Shown: positions 17,881 to 26,205, counted from the stretch's first letter. The stretch: DNA of 28,613 nt from Dehalococcoidia bacterium (GCA_963579815.1 CAUZIR010000001.1:1-28613); one strand, 5' to 3'. The notes: generated from the sequence alone by a model not told the origin. Numbers and translations: made by a program.

Positions 17881-17973
17881 CCGCGTTTGTCACCAGCGTC
17901 GTAACCTGACCGGGCAGGCGTACCCTGGCTGGCCGCTTTTTACGAAGACTGAAATAGAGATAGAGATATAGAT

Positions 17974-18270
17974 TTGGCAACCGATAAACTAAGAGACTAC
18001 GAGCTTGTCGTGATACTCAGCCCCGAGGCTACAGAGGCCGAGGTGGATGGGTCCAACCAGAGCACCTCCACGTTCATTACCGAGCGCGGCGGTACGGTCG
18101 GCGAGACCAACAGCTGGGGTCTGCGCCGCCTGGCCTACCCCATCAAGAAGTTCACCGAAGGCAATTACGCCGTTACGCGATTTAGCCTCGACCCCCAGGG
18201 TGCCCAGGATCTTGGGCAAACCCTGGAGACGTCGGAGCAGGTCCTGCGGCACCTCATCGTAAAGGTGTGA
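17974..18270 (+). CDS. rpsF: 30S ribosomal protein S6
   Basis: RDYELVVILSP...WGLRRLAYPIKK..EGNY...VLRHLIVK. Confidence 0.96.
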   Translation: MATDKLRDYELVVILSPEATEAEVDGSNQSTSTFITERGGTVGETNSWGLRRLAYPIKKFTEGNYAVTRFSLDPQGAQDLGQTLETSEQVLRHLIVKV

Positions 18271-18274
18271 ACCC

Positions 18275-18757
18275 GTGAGCATGAATAAAATCCTCGTGAT
18301 CGGGAACGTCGGAACCGACCCCGAAATGAGGTACACCCCCAGCGGAACGGCCGTAACCTCGTTTACCCTCGCGACCAATCGCGTGTACACCACCTCTGCC
18401 GGTGAGAGACGCGAGGAAACTGAGTGGTTCAGGATCAGCGCCTGGGGCAAACTTGCCGAGCAATGCAACAACTACGTCACCAAGGGGATGAAAATATACG
18501 CCGAGGGCAGGCTCAAGTCCGACACTTGGACCGGCAACGACGGGCAGACGCGAGTTAGCCTGGAAATCAGCGCCGACAAAGTCCTGTTCCTCGACCGCGC
18601 CGGCCAACAAGATGGCGGCCAGCAAGGCGGCGGCCAGCAGGGCAGCGGCCAGTCAGGCGGCGGCCAACAAGATGGTGGCCAGCAGGGTGGCGGCAACGCG
18701 GGCGGCGGCGCTCCGGCCAGTGGAGGCTCCGACAACCTCGAAGATCTGCCCTGGTAG
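18275..18757 (+). CDS. ssb: Single-stranded DNA-binding protein
   Basis: NKILVIGNVGTDPEMRYTPSG, ETEWFRISAWGKLAE, EGRLK, Gly/Gln linker, acidic tail EDLPW; start GTG 18275 or ATG 18281. Confidence 0.96.
   Translation: MSMNKILVIGNVGTDPEMRYTPSGTAVTSFTLATNRVYTTSAGERREETEWFRISAWGKLAEQCNNYVTKGMKIYAEGRLKSDTWTGNDGQTRVSLEISADKVLFLDRAGQQDGGQQGGGQQGSGQSGGGQQDGGQQGGGNAGGGAPASGGSDNLEDLPW
18602..18706 (+). repeat. Tandem 15-nt repeat (7 degenerate units) encoding the SSB GQQxG linker
   Basis: Units ggccaacaagatggc, ggccagcaaggcggc, ggccagcagggcagc, ggccagtcaggcggc, ggccaacaagatggt, ggccagcagggtggc, ggcaacgcgggcggc. Confidence 0.9.
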
Positions 18758-18886
18758 CTCTGGGCCTGGCAACCCGGCCCCCCCATTACCCGGAATGTGG
18801 CAACCTACAAGAGCAACTAAAGTAACCCCCAGTAGCCCCCAAACCGGGGCGACAACGATTCCGACAAACACGAGGAGTTTGAATAG

Positions 18887-19186
18887 ATGACACAGCAAAG
18901 GTCAGGCGCCGGCGGTGGACGGCGCGGTGGCGGTCGAGGCCGGTTCTACGCTCGCAGGAAGGTGTGCGGCTTCTGCGTAAACAAAGTCAAGCACATCGAC
19001 TACAAGAACATCGACGTTTTGAAAAACTACGTCTCCGACCGGTTCAAAATGGACGCACGTCGCAAGACCGGCACCTGCTCGCGGCACCAGCGTGCCCTGG
19101 CGTCGGCCATCAAGCGGGCGCGCATCATCGCCCTGCTTCCGTTCAGCCCGGCTCATACCGGCGTGTACGCTGCCCCTCGTCGGTAG
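18887..19186 (+). CDS. rpsR: 30S ribosomal protein S18 (Zn-motif, C+ type)
   Basis: RRKVCGFC...IDYKNIDVL...[29 protein letters not shown]. Confidence 0.96.
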   Translation: MTQQRSGAGGGRRGGGRGRFYARRKVCGFCVNKVKHIDYKNIDVLKNYVSDRFKMDARRKTGTCSRHQRALASAIKRARIIALLPFSPAHTGVYAAPRR

Positions 19187-19231
19187 TCGCAGGTCGCAAC
19201 CACAACCCAAACAAAACCCAACTAAAACTGG

Positions 19232-19258
19232 GCCCCCAACCAAAACCGCGTTGGGGGC
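19232..19258. terminator. Strong hairpin after rpsR, possible terminator or mRNA stability element
   Basis: 9-bp stem GCCCCCAAC / GTTGGGGGC, 9-nt loop; no clear U-tract on the + strand. Confidence 0.45.
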
Positions 19259-19417
19259 GTATTACTCTTAGTAACTATCAATTGCCAGTACCCCGAATTT
19301 GCCGGTATGGCCAATTCGGCAAGGCCAACCGACCGGGACGAGGCTCCGAGTGGAGTTAACTCTAGGCTCGCCTCTACACATGCATAGAGGCGGCTGCGCC
19401 CGGACAGGAGCGTAGGC

Positions 19418-20617
19418 GTGGAAGACAACCCCATCGAAAACCAACCCCCAGGCGAAACCACCGACCCCAGCACCGGCCCCAGTGCAGCCGCCAGTGCGGC
19501 CCCGAGCGTCGGGCGGGCCGTGCTGAGGAACGTCGCTGGCGACCGTCGAAGGCAGATTGTACTGGGGCGTACCAACCGGTCCAGGCAACGCCTCAAGCTC
19601 ATGGCCATAGGGCTCGCCCTGCTCGTCATCGCCGGAATCCTGACGGCGGGCTTCGTAATCTCATTCGTGCTGCCTCCCCGCCAGTCCCTCGTTAGGGTCA
19701 ACGACGTCACCTACTCCCGTGGGGACCTCGTCGATGCGCTCCGGGCCCAGCAGGCGCAGTCGCGACTGTTCGGCCTCGACTTCCAGGCCAGCCAGGAAAT
19801 CTTCGGGGCCCTGCACCTTTTCGTCGAAGACGAGATACTTTCGCAAATAGCGGCCAAGTACGGCATTTCGGTAGAAGAAGAAGAGATCGACCGGCTTATC
19901 GAAAGCGATCTTCTTGCCACCGACCTGCGTCTCACCCCCGATGCCCTCAGCGTCAACTTCGACGAACTCTACGGCCAGCGGCTGAACGAACTGCAGGTGT
20001 CCAGGGCCGACCACCGCAAGCTAACCGGCAGGTCCCTACTTCGTTCCAAGTTCCGCGAATTTGTGGGCGAGCAGGTTCCTCGAATAGCAGAGCAAGTCCA
20101 CTACCACCGCATAGTCATGACCGTCGGCACCGAAGTAGACATCATGCTGGTCAAGCTCAAGGACGGACTGGCCGAGGCGACCACCCCCGAACAGCGCCAG
20201 GCCGTCTGGCGAAATATCACCCGGGAGTTCTCGCTGGACGAGCCGGAAGTAGTCCGACTGGGTGGGGACATCGGCTGGATGCCGCTCGAGTCTACCGACG
20301 TCTACGCCGAGACAATTCTCGCCCTGGAAATTGGCAAGGTTAGCGCACCAATTACGGACATTGAGAGCCCCAAAGTCGTCCTATTCTTCATGATCTCAGA
20401 GGTCGATGCGGCTCGGGAATTGCAAGCGGAAGACCTCGAAGACATGAAGTCCCGTGCCTTGCAAAACTGGATCAACAAAGAGCGGGACAACCACATTATT
20501 AATGCGGCCTTCGACTCCGACATTTACACGTGGATGCTCGAGCAACTCGCCCAGACGGCAATTGCCACGCCCACCGTGCAGGCCAACCCCTTCGCCAATA
20601 CGGGAGGAGGGTTCTAA
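19418..20617 (+). CDS. Membrane-anchored SurA/PrsA-like foldase (SurA N-terminal plus degenerate PpiC domain)
   Basis: Single TM segment (LMAIGLALLVIAGILTAGFVISFVL), LVRVNDVTYSRGDL, GGDIGWMP rotamase-like motif; SD CAGGAG before GTG. Confidence 0.72.
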   Translation: MEDNPIENQPPGETTDPSTGPSAAASAAPSVGRAVLRNVAGDRRRQIVLGRTNRSRQRLKLMAIGLALLVIAGILTAGFVISFVLPPRQSLVRVNDVTYSRGDLVDALRAQQAQSRLFGLDFQASQEIFGALHLFVEDEILSQIAAKYGISVEEEEIDRLIESDLLATDLRLTPDALSVNFDELYGQRLNELQVSRADHRKLTGRSLLRSKFREFVGEQVPRIAEQVHYHRIVMTVGTEVDIMLVKLKDGLAEATTPEQRQAVWRNITREFSLDEPEVVRLGGDIGWMPLESTDVYAETILALEIGKVSAPITDIESPKVVLFFMISEVDAARELQAEDLEDMKSRALQNWINKERDNHIINAAFDSDIYTWMLEQLAQTAIATPTVQANPFANTGGGF

Positions 20618-21100
20618 ATGGTCAGGCCTCGCAATCTAGGCCACGTCGTACTCAGGGTGCGAAACGTGGACCGGGCACAGACCTTCTACACCAGCCTCCT
20701 GGACCTCGACGTCATGGCCCGCTACGGGGACGACGCGGTGTTCCTTAGCTCCGGTAACGACTCCTCCCACGAACTCGCTCTCATGTCGGTGGGTGAGGAC
20801 GCTCCCGGCCCCGAGTCCAACCGGGTTGGCATGTACCACTTCGCCTGGCGTTTCGCAGAACTCGCTGATCTTCGCGCCCTGCGCACCCAACTGGCAGAGG
20901 CCGGGGTAAAGGCGGGTGTGGGCAACCACGGCATCTCTATTGGCATCTACTTTTTCGACCCCGACGGCAACGAAATAGAGTGCTACTTCGAGCTACCTAA
21001 AAAGCACTGGCCCTCCGGCGACATCTTCGCCGGACAGTACTTCCCTGACGGCCTCGACACCGACCTGGCCAAAGTAATACAGGCGGCAGTGGCAAGTTGA
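20618..21100 (+). CDS. VOC (glyoxalase/extradiol dioxygenase) family protein
   Basis: LGHVVLRV...FYTSLL, HELAL, GMYHFAW, NHG..IGIYFFDPDGNEIE. Confidence 0.88.
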   Translation: MVRPRNLGHVVLRVRNVDRAQTFYTSLLDLDVMARYGDDAVFLSSGNDSSHELALMSVGEDAPGPESNRVGMYHFAWRFAELADLRALRTQLAEAGVKAGVGNHGISIGIYFFDPDGNEIECYFELPKKHWPSGDIFAGQYFPDGLDTDLAKVIQAAVAS

Positions 21101-21486
21101 AAAAGCCTGAGGTCTACAGCAAAAAGGCCCAGTTCTACTGCAAAAAGGGCTGAACAACCTGTAAGAGAGCGCGTGAGACGCTCTCAGGCCTGGGTGTGGA
21201 GCTGACCGAGCGCGACATGTTCAAGCACCCTCTGACAGAGGCTGAACTTGGGGCGCTAATTGGCGGCCGACCCGTGCGGGACTTCTTCTCGTTTAAGAGC
21301 CCATCGTTCCGCAAACTCGGGCTGGACCGCGAAGGGCTCACCGACTCCCAGATGCTATCGATGATGTCTGGCGAACCGCGCCTCATACGGCGGCCCCTGG
21401 TCGCCATACTCTCCGGTACGGGCGTCACGGGGAACCACGTCATCGTGGGTAACGCCGCCGCCGCCTTCGAGCAGGCCTTCGGTTAA
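21097..21486 (+). CDS. ArsC/Spx-like thioredoxin-fold protein, probable selenoprotein (UxxC), 129 aa
   Basis: Frame of ORF 21196-21486 extends upstream through TGA 21151-21153 to TTG 21097: MKKPEVYSKKAQFYCKKG-TGA-TTCKRARETLSGLGVELTERD...PLT..EL...KSPSFRKLGL...EPRLIRRPLV. Confidence 0.82.
21151..21188 (+). promoter_or_regulatory. SECIS-like hairpin following the in-frame UGA of the ArsC/Spx-like gene
   Basis: UGA ACAA CCU GUAA GAGAGCG CGUGAGA CGCUCUC AGG: perfect 7-bp upper stem, 7-nt G-containing loop, bulge and short lower stem. Confidence 0.7.
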
Positions 21487-21511
21487 CTGCAGCCCGCATA
21501 CTTGCTTGTAG

Positions 21512-22105
21512 CTACTTGGCAGCGCCGTTTACGGCGGCCCCTGCTTCGGCCTCAACATCGCTGCCCAGGGCGTCAATACCCCTGCGTACCTGGCCCAGCA
21601 TCTGCGACAGTCGCTCCTCAATGCTAAACAGCACCTCGCGTGAGTACTGGTCGGCCCCCTCGCGGCGAACGGCTGCGGTAGACTCGGCGTCATCGACCAG
21701 GCTGAACGCCTGCTGCTGAGCATCCTGGACAATGTCGTTGCCCTGCCTGTGGGCCTCGTCCTTGATCTCCTGAGCCTTTATCTCGGCCGACTTGACGATC
21801 TCAGACTCTTCTACCAGCGACGCATGCTCATTGCGAGCCGACGTGGTGATGGCCGAGACCTCCTGATTCGCCGACTCTCGCAGGCGCTTGGCCTCAAGGT
21901 ATGCCTGGTTGACGATGCTCTCTTTTTGCTTGAGAACCTCACCCGCCTCCAACACGTCGTGGGGGACAGACTCCCGCAGGCTGGCGGCAATAGCAGCCAG
22001 CTTGGCAGAGTCCACCATTGCCCTTTTGCCCATACCCAGGACCTTGGTTGAATTCCTGGCAAGCTCATCCAGCTCGTCGAGAATATTGTCTATCGCGTGT
22101 GACAT
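21512..22105 (-). CDS. DivIVA/SepIVA-like coiled-coil protein typical of the coaD neighbourhood
   Basis: IDNILDELDEL...AMVD...LRESVPHDV.EA..VL...E...A coiled-coil pattern; directly after coaD; ATG 22105 with SD AAGGAG. Confidence 0.65.
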   Translation of the reverse strand: MSHAIDNILDELDELARNSTKVLGMGKRAMVDSAKLAAIAASLRESVPHDVLEAGEVLKQKESIVNQAYLEAKRLRESANQEVSAITTSARNEHASLVEESEIVKSAEIKAQEIKDEAHRQGNDIVQDAQQQAFSLVDDAESTAAVRREGADQYSREVLFSIEERLSQMLGQVRRGIDALGSDVEAEAGAAVNGAAK

Positions 22106-22126
22106 CCGGCTCTCCTTCACTCGTAC

Positions 22127-22606
22127 TCAGTTGCTCAGTTTCTGCTGCAAAAGACCGGCCACCCCGGGGGGCACCAGGCCTTCCACGTTGCCGCCCAGTC
22201 GGGCGACCTCCTTAATCCGCGATGAATGCATGAACTGGTGTTCCAGGGCGCTCATTACGCACACCACGTCCACATCCGGGGCGAGGCTCCTCCACATGTG
22301 AGCCATCTCGAATTCGACCTCGAAGTCGAAGCCAGCGCGGAGGCCGCGGAGAATGAACCAGGCACCCACCTCGCGGGCGAAATCGACCGCCAACCCCGAA
22401 AACGGCAACACCTCAACGTTCGGCGTGCCCTTCAGCGACTCGGCGAACATGTCCACCCGTTCCTCAGTCGTAAACATCAGCGACTTGGGCGGGCTGTCGT
22501 AGACCCCAATCACCAGGTGGTCGAACAGCTTGGCCGCCCGTTTGGCCACGTCCACATGCCCCTTGTGTACCGGGTCGAACGTGCCCGGGTAAACGGCGTT
22601 AGCCAT
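22127..22606 (-). CDS. coaD: Pantetheine-phosphate adenylyltransferase
   Basis: AVYPGTFDPVHKGHVD, ILRGLRAGFDFEVE, HSSRIKEVARLGG. Confidence 0.96.
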   Translation of the reverse strand: MANAVYPGTFDPVHKGHVDVAKRAAKLFDHLVIGVYDSPPKSLMFTTEERVDMFAESLKGTPNVEVLPFSGLAVDFAREVGAWFILRGLRAGFDFEVEFEMAHMWRSLAPDVDVVCVMSALEHQFMHSSRIKEVARLGGNVEGLVPPGVAGLLQQKLSN

Positions 22607-23222
22607 GGGAGGCCACCAGTGCGTAAATCGAAATAGACGATCCCCCGTAGCGCCTCGTGCGGCCCAAACTCAACCGTCCATACGAAGCAGCTAAAGTCCG
22701 GTCGGAGCCGTGCTCGGCAATCACCGTGGCGTCATCGCCCAAAAGCGGCCCTCCATTCAGTCCGGCACTCAGTCCGTTCATGAGGTCATCCCAGGGATCG
22801 TCATCGTACGGCGGGTCTATGAAGACCAAGTCGTATGGACGACCACTTTGGCCAGCTATGTTGGAGCCCACCCCCGCCCTGGAGCCAAGCAGACTGGCCC
22901 GCGATACGACCGCCTTTTCCGCCCTGGCTCTTATCACCCTGGCCAGGTCGTCGTACCCGAGCGATCTGATATTCGCGTTGATCGTGCTGCATGCTCTGGC
23001 ATCCCCCTCTACGAAGTCGGCGCTTGCCGCTCCTCGACTGATCGCCTCCAGGCCCATGGCCCCGGTCCCTGCATACAGGTCCAACACCCTGGCCCCCTCA
23101 ACCTGGCCTCCCAGAATCGAGAAAATGGCGGCTCTCACTTTTTCCGTCGTCGGCCTAAGCCGACTCTTCGGCACCTGGAGCCTCCGGCCCCTGTCTTTAC
23201 CCCCGGAGATTCGGGAACTCAT
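22599..23222 (-). CDS. rsmD: 16S rRNA m2G966 methyltransferase RsmD family
   Basis: RISGG..RGRRL, RPTTEKVRAAIFSIL, LDLYAGTGAMGLEA, DLVFIDPPY, RRYG; ATG 23222 with SD GAGG. Confidence 0.92.
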   Translation of the reverse strand: MSSRISGGKDRGRRLQVPKSRLRPTTEKVRAAIFSILGGQVEGARVLDLYAGTGAMGLEAISRGAASADFVEGDARACSTINANIRSLGYDDLARVIRARAEKAVVSRASLLGSRAGVGSNIAGQSGRPYDLVFIDPPYDDDPWDDLMNGLSAGLNGGPLLGDDATVIAEHGSDRTLAASYGRLSLGRTRRYGGSSISIYALVASHG

Positions 23223-23285
23223 CAGCCTCTTTTCACCGGTCAACATCCCGGCGCGGCCCCGTGGTCAGCCGTAGAGAGTGACCGG

Positions 23286-23294
23286 ATACTAGCA
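23286..23294 (-). promoter_or_regulatory. Putative extended -10 promoter of rsmD-coaD
   Basis: Minus strand TGCTAGTAT (TGn plus TAGTAT). Confidence 0.45.
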
Positions 23295-23444
23295 GCGGGA
23301 TCGCCAGCATAGAAGTAGTTTTTATACAAGTTTTAGAAAATGTCTAGCATTTGTCCTTGAACTGTTAATGCATAGGTCAGTTAGAATTGGACTTCGATTG
23401 GACACCCCGACCGGGCGCGTCCGGCCGGACACGAGGAACCGAAA

Positions 23445-23924
23445 ATGACCATGAATAACCGCCTTGTTCACTACCTGACCGAAGACGGCGTAAAAAAACT
23501 CGAACAAGAACTGGTGCACCTTCGCAAGGTACGTCGGCCAGAGGTTGCCAGCCGGCTGCATGAAGCAGTCGACTCCGGCGAGGGAACAGACAACGCCGAC
23601 TTCGAAGAGTCCAAAAACGAGCAGGCGTTCGTCGACGGTCGCATACAGGACATAGAGAATATCCTGGCCACTTCACGAGTTGCCCATCACGATCCCAAGT
23701 CGCGAAATATCGTCGAGATCGGTTCGACAGTCACCGTCGCAGGCCAGCACGGTAAGAGGCGCATTTACCAGATAGTCGGCAGCGCCGAGGCGGCCCTACT
23801 GGAGAACAAAATCTCCAACGAGTCTCCCCTGGGCCACGCCCTGGTGGGCGGCAAAAAGGGAACCGAGGTTGGTTACGAGACCCCCTCCGGACACCAAAAA
23901 CTCACCATAAAGAAGATTCAATGA
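23445..23924 (+). CDS. greA: Transcription elongation factor GreA/GreB family
   Basis: YLTEDG...ELVHL...RRPEVA.RL, NADFEESKNEQAFVDGRI, IVGSAEA...ISNESPLGHAL; the acidic tip loop is atypical. Confidence 0.88.
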   Translation: MTMNNRLVHYLTEDGVKKLEQELVHLRKVRRPEVASRLHEAVDSGEGTDNADFEESKNEQAFVDGRIQDIENILATSRVAHHDPKSRNIVEIGSTVTVAGQHGKRRIYQIVGSAEAALLENKISNESPLGHALVGGKKGTEVGYETPSGHQKLTIKKIQ

Positions 23925-25480
23925 TGGCCCCAGATGGCGAAGCCCCTCTGCAAACCGACCTGGTTCAAGTAAGGCGAGACAAGCTAGAAAAGCTGCGTGC
24001 CCGGGGCATAGACCCTTACCCGCACTCCTTTACCCGTACCCACACCAGTGAGCAGGCACGGGCGCTACTGGCAGACGCCGAGAGCGAATCCAGTGACTCT
24101 GGCGACCCAGCCAACCCCGCGCGCGCAGAGACCGTGACCATCGCGGGCCGCATGATGGCCGTGCGCGGCATGGGCAAGGCTACTTTCGTTGACGTGAAAG
24201 ATCCGGACGGCCGAATCCAGGCCCTGCTCCGGCGCAACACGCTGGGCGATTCGTACGAGCTGCTCGACGACCTCGACATCGGCGACTGGATAGGCGTGAG
24301 CGGGCCGGTCATCCGCACCCGCACGGGCGAGGCCACGGTGGAGGGCCAGACCCTGACCGTCCTGTCCAAAGCAATTCGGCCGCTGCCAGAAAAATGGCAC
24401 GGCCTGGCAGACACCGAGGTCAGGTTCCGGCAGCGCTACCTCGACCTCATCGCCAACGACGACGCCCAGCGGGTGGCGGTGCTGCGCTCGAAGATCGTCT
24501 CATCCATGCGTCGCTTCCTCGACGGGCAGGGCTTCATGGAGGTCGAGACCCCCGTACTCGTACCGGTCGCTGCTGGCGCCATGGCCCGGCCGTTCGTAAC
24601 CCACCACAACCAGCTAAACGCCGACCTGTTCATGCGTATCGCCACCGAGCTATACCTCAAACGACTGATCGTCGGTGGCCTGGAAAAGGTCTACGAGATA
24701 GGCAGGGTGTTCCGTAACGAGGGCGTGGACTTTTACCACAACCCCGAGTTCACCATGATGGAGAGCTACCAGGCCTTCGCCGACTACAACGACGTTATGG
24801 TCATGGTGGAGCACATGGTGTCTACCATCGCAAAAGAGGCGTTGGGCAAGCTGACCGTCGAGTTCGACGGCAACGAGATCGACCTGACTCCGCCGTGGCC
24901 CAGGCTCAGTCTGCGCCAGCAACTTATCGAGCACGCCGGGATCGACTTCCTCGAATACTCCGACCTCGACTCCCTCGCCACCAAGATGCGCGATATGGGC
25001 CTGGACACCTCCGGTCAGATTAGCTGGGCGGGACTGTTGGACAAAGCAGTATCGGACACAGTCGAGCCAAAGTTGATCCAGCCGTCATTCCTTATCGACT
25101 ACCCGGTGGAAATGTCACCTCTCGCCAAGAGGCACCGAGACGACCCGAGAGTCGCAGAACGCTTCGAAGGGTTCGTTGCCGGTATGGAGATCTGCAACTC
25201 GTTCACCGAACTGAACGACCCGGTCGACCAGAGGGTCCGATTCGAAGAGCAAGAGGCCCTTCGCGTCGCCCTGCAGGATGCCGAGAGCGAAGAGCCCAAA
25301 GAGGGTGGAGAGGCGGAAGAGGTCTACGACCGGCTGGACGAGGACTTCCTCGTGGCCATAGAGCACGGCATGCCACCGACCGGTGGGCTGGGCCTAGGCG
25401 TCGATCGTCTGGCCATGTTGCTATCGGGCCACCGCTCCATTCGCGAGGTCATCCTCTTCCCCCAGTTGCGGCCCCGCTAG
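23921..25480 (+). CDS. lysS: Lysine--tRNA ligase (class II)
   Basis: RGMGKATF, LPEKWHGL.D.E.RFRQRYLDL, FMEVETP, RIATELYLKRLIVGG, FRNEG...HNPEFT, HGMPPTGGLGLGVDRL. Confidence 0.98.
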   Translation: MMAPDGEAPLQTDLVQVRRDKLEKLRARGIDPYPHSFTRTHTSEQARALLADAESESSDSGDPANPARAETVTIAGRMMAVRGMGKATFVDVKDPDGRIQALLRRNTLGDSYELLDDLDIGDWIGVSGPVIRTRTGEATVEGQTLTVLSKAIRPLPEKWHGLADTEVRFRQRYLDLIANDDAQRVAVLRSKIVSSMRRFLDGQGFMEVETPVLVPVAAGAMARPFVTHHNQLNADLFMRIATELYLKRLIVGGLEKVYEIGRVFRNEGVDFYHNPEFTMMESYQAFADYNDVMVMVEHMVSTIAKEALGKLTVEFDGNEIDLTPPWPRLSLRQQLIEHAGIDFLEYSDLDSLATKMRDMGLDTSGQISWAGLLDKAVSDTVEPKLIQPSFLIDYPVEMSPLAKRHRDDPRVAERFEGFVAGMEICNSFTELNDPVDQRVRFEEQEALRVALQDAESEEPKEGGEAEEVYDRLDEDFLVAIEHGMPPTGGLGLGVDRLAMLLSGHRSIREVILFPQLRPR

Positions 25481-26205
25481 GCAGGCCCAGTGGCAGGCCT
25501 CTCGCCCACAAGTATCGCCACCGACCCGAATGCCAGCCGACGGCCGTCGATGCGCTCCAAACCGGCCGCACCCATGTCACTCGCCAGGCCATCGTAGGTG
25601 AAGCCGACTGCGGACTCGGGCAGGTAAGTGTAGGCGTCGCGGTCCCCGGCAAAAACCAGCCCCAGGACAGGCGCGACGGCCCTGAAGGCGAAGGCGAACA
25701 GGCCCGCTACCGGCCCCGCGCCACGAGCGGAGAAGATATCCAACACCACCAGTCGGCCGCCCGGCCTGAGCACTCGCCCGATCTCGGCTAGAGCCGCTGG
25801 CCCGTCGATGAAGTTGCGCATGCCGAAGCCCACCGTCACCAGGGCAAAGCTATCGTCTTTGAACGGCAGCGTGTGGGCGTCTGAAAGCGCCACACCTACC
25901 CGGTCCACTCTGTTCGCCCGGTGCAACTTATCGACCCCTATTTTCAGCATCGGTGCCGAGAAGTCTGTGGCGACCCACTCACCCCAATCGGCCGCATCCA
26001 GCGGGAAGTCGAGCGTACCGGCTGCCAGGTCGAGCGCCGGGCCTTCGGCCTTCAGGCCGTCTAGCGCCAAGGCCAGGGCTTTGCGACGCCAGGTGTGGTG
26101 TCGGCCGCCGGACATGAGGGCGTTCAGCAGATCGTATCGGCCGGAAATGCGGCCGAACATCCCGACTACATAGTCCGCCCTCTCCCGGCCCCGCAGAGTG
26201 GCCAA
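25477..26205 (-). CDS. menG: UbiE/MenG family quinone C-methyltransferase
   Basis: VVGMFGRISGRYDLLNALMSGGRHHTWR, LDLAAGT, DAHTLPFKDDSF, VGFGMRN, YTYLPES. Confidence 0.82.
   Translation of the reverse strand: MATLRGRERADYVVGMFGRISGRYDLLNALMSGGRHHTWRRKALALALDGLKAEGPALDLAAGTLDFPLDAADWGEWVATDFSAPMLKIGVDKLHRANRVDRVGVALSDAHTLPFKDDSFALVTVGFGMRNFIDGPAALAEIGRVLRPGGRLVVLDIFSARGAGPVAGLFAFAFRAVAPVLGLVFAGDRDAYTYLPESAVGFTYDGLASDMGAAGLERIDGRRLAFGSVAILVGERPATGPA

Noticed and set aside
18602-18706. CRISPR-like array
   Set aside because: Contiguous 15-nt units without spacers, in frame within ssb.
21098-21100. Sec readthrough of the VOC gene TGA
   Set aside because: The VOC domain is complete; the TGA is explained as a stop overlapping the next start codon.
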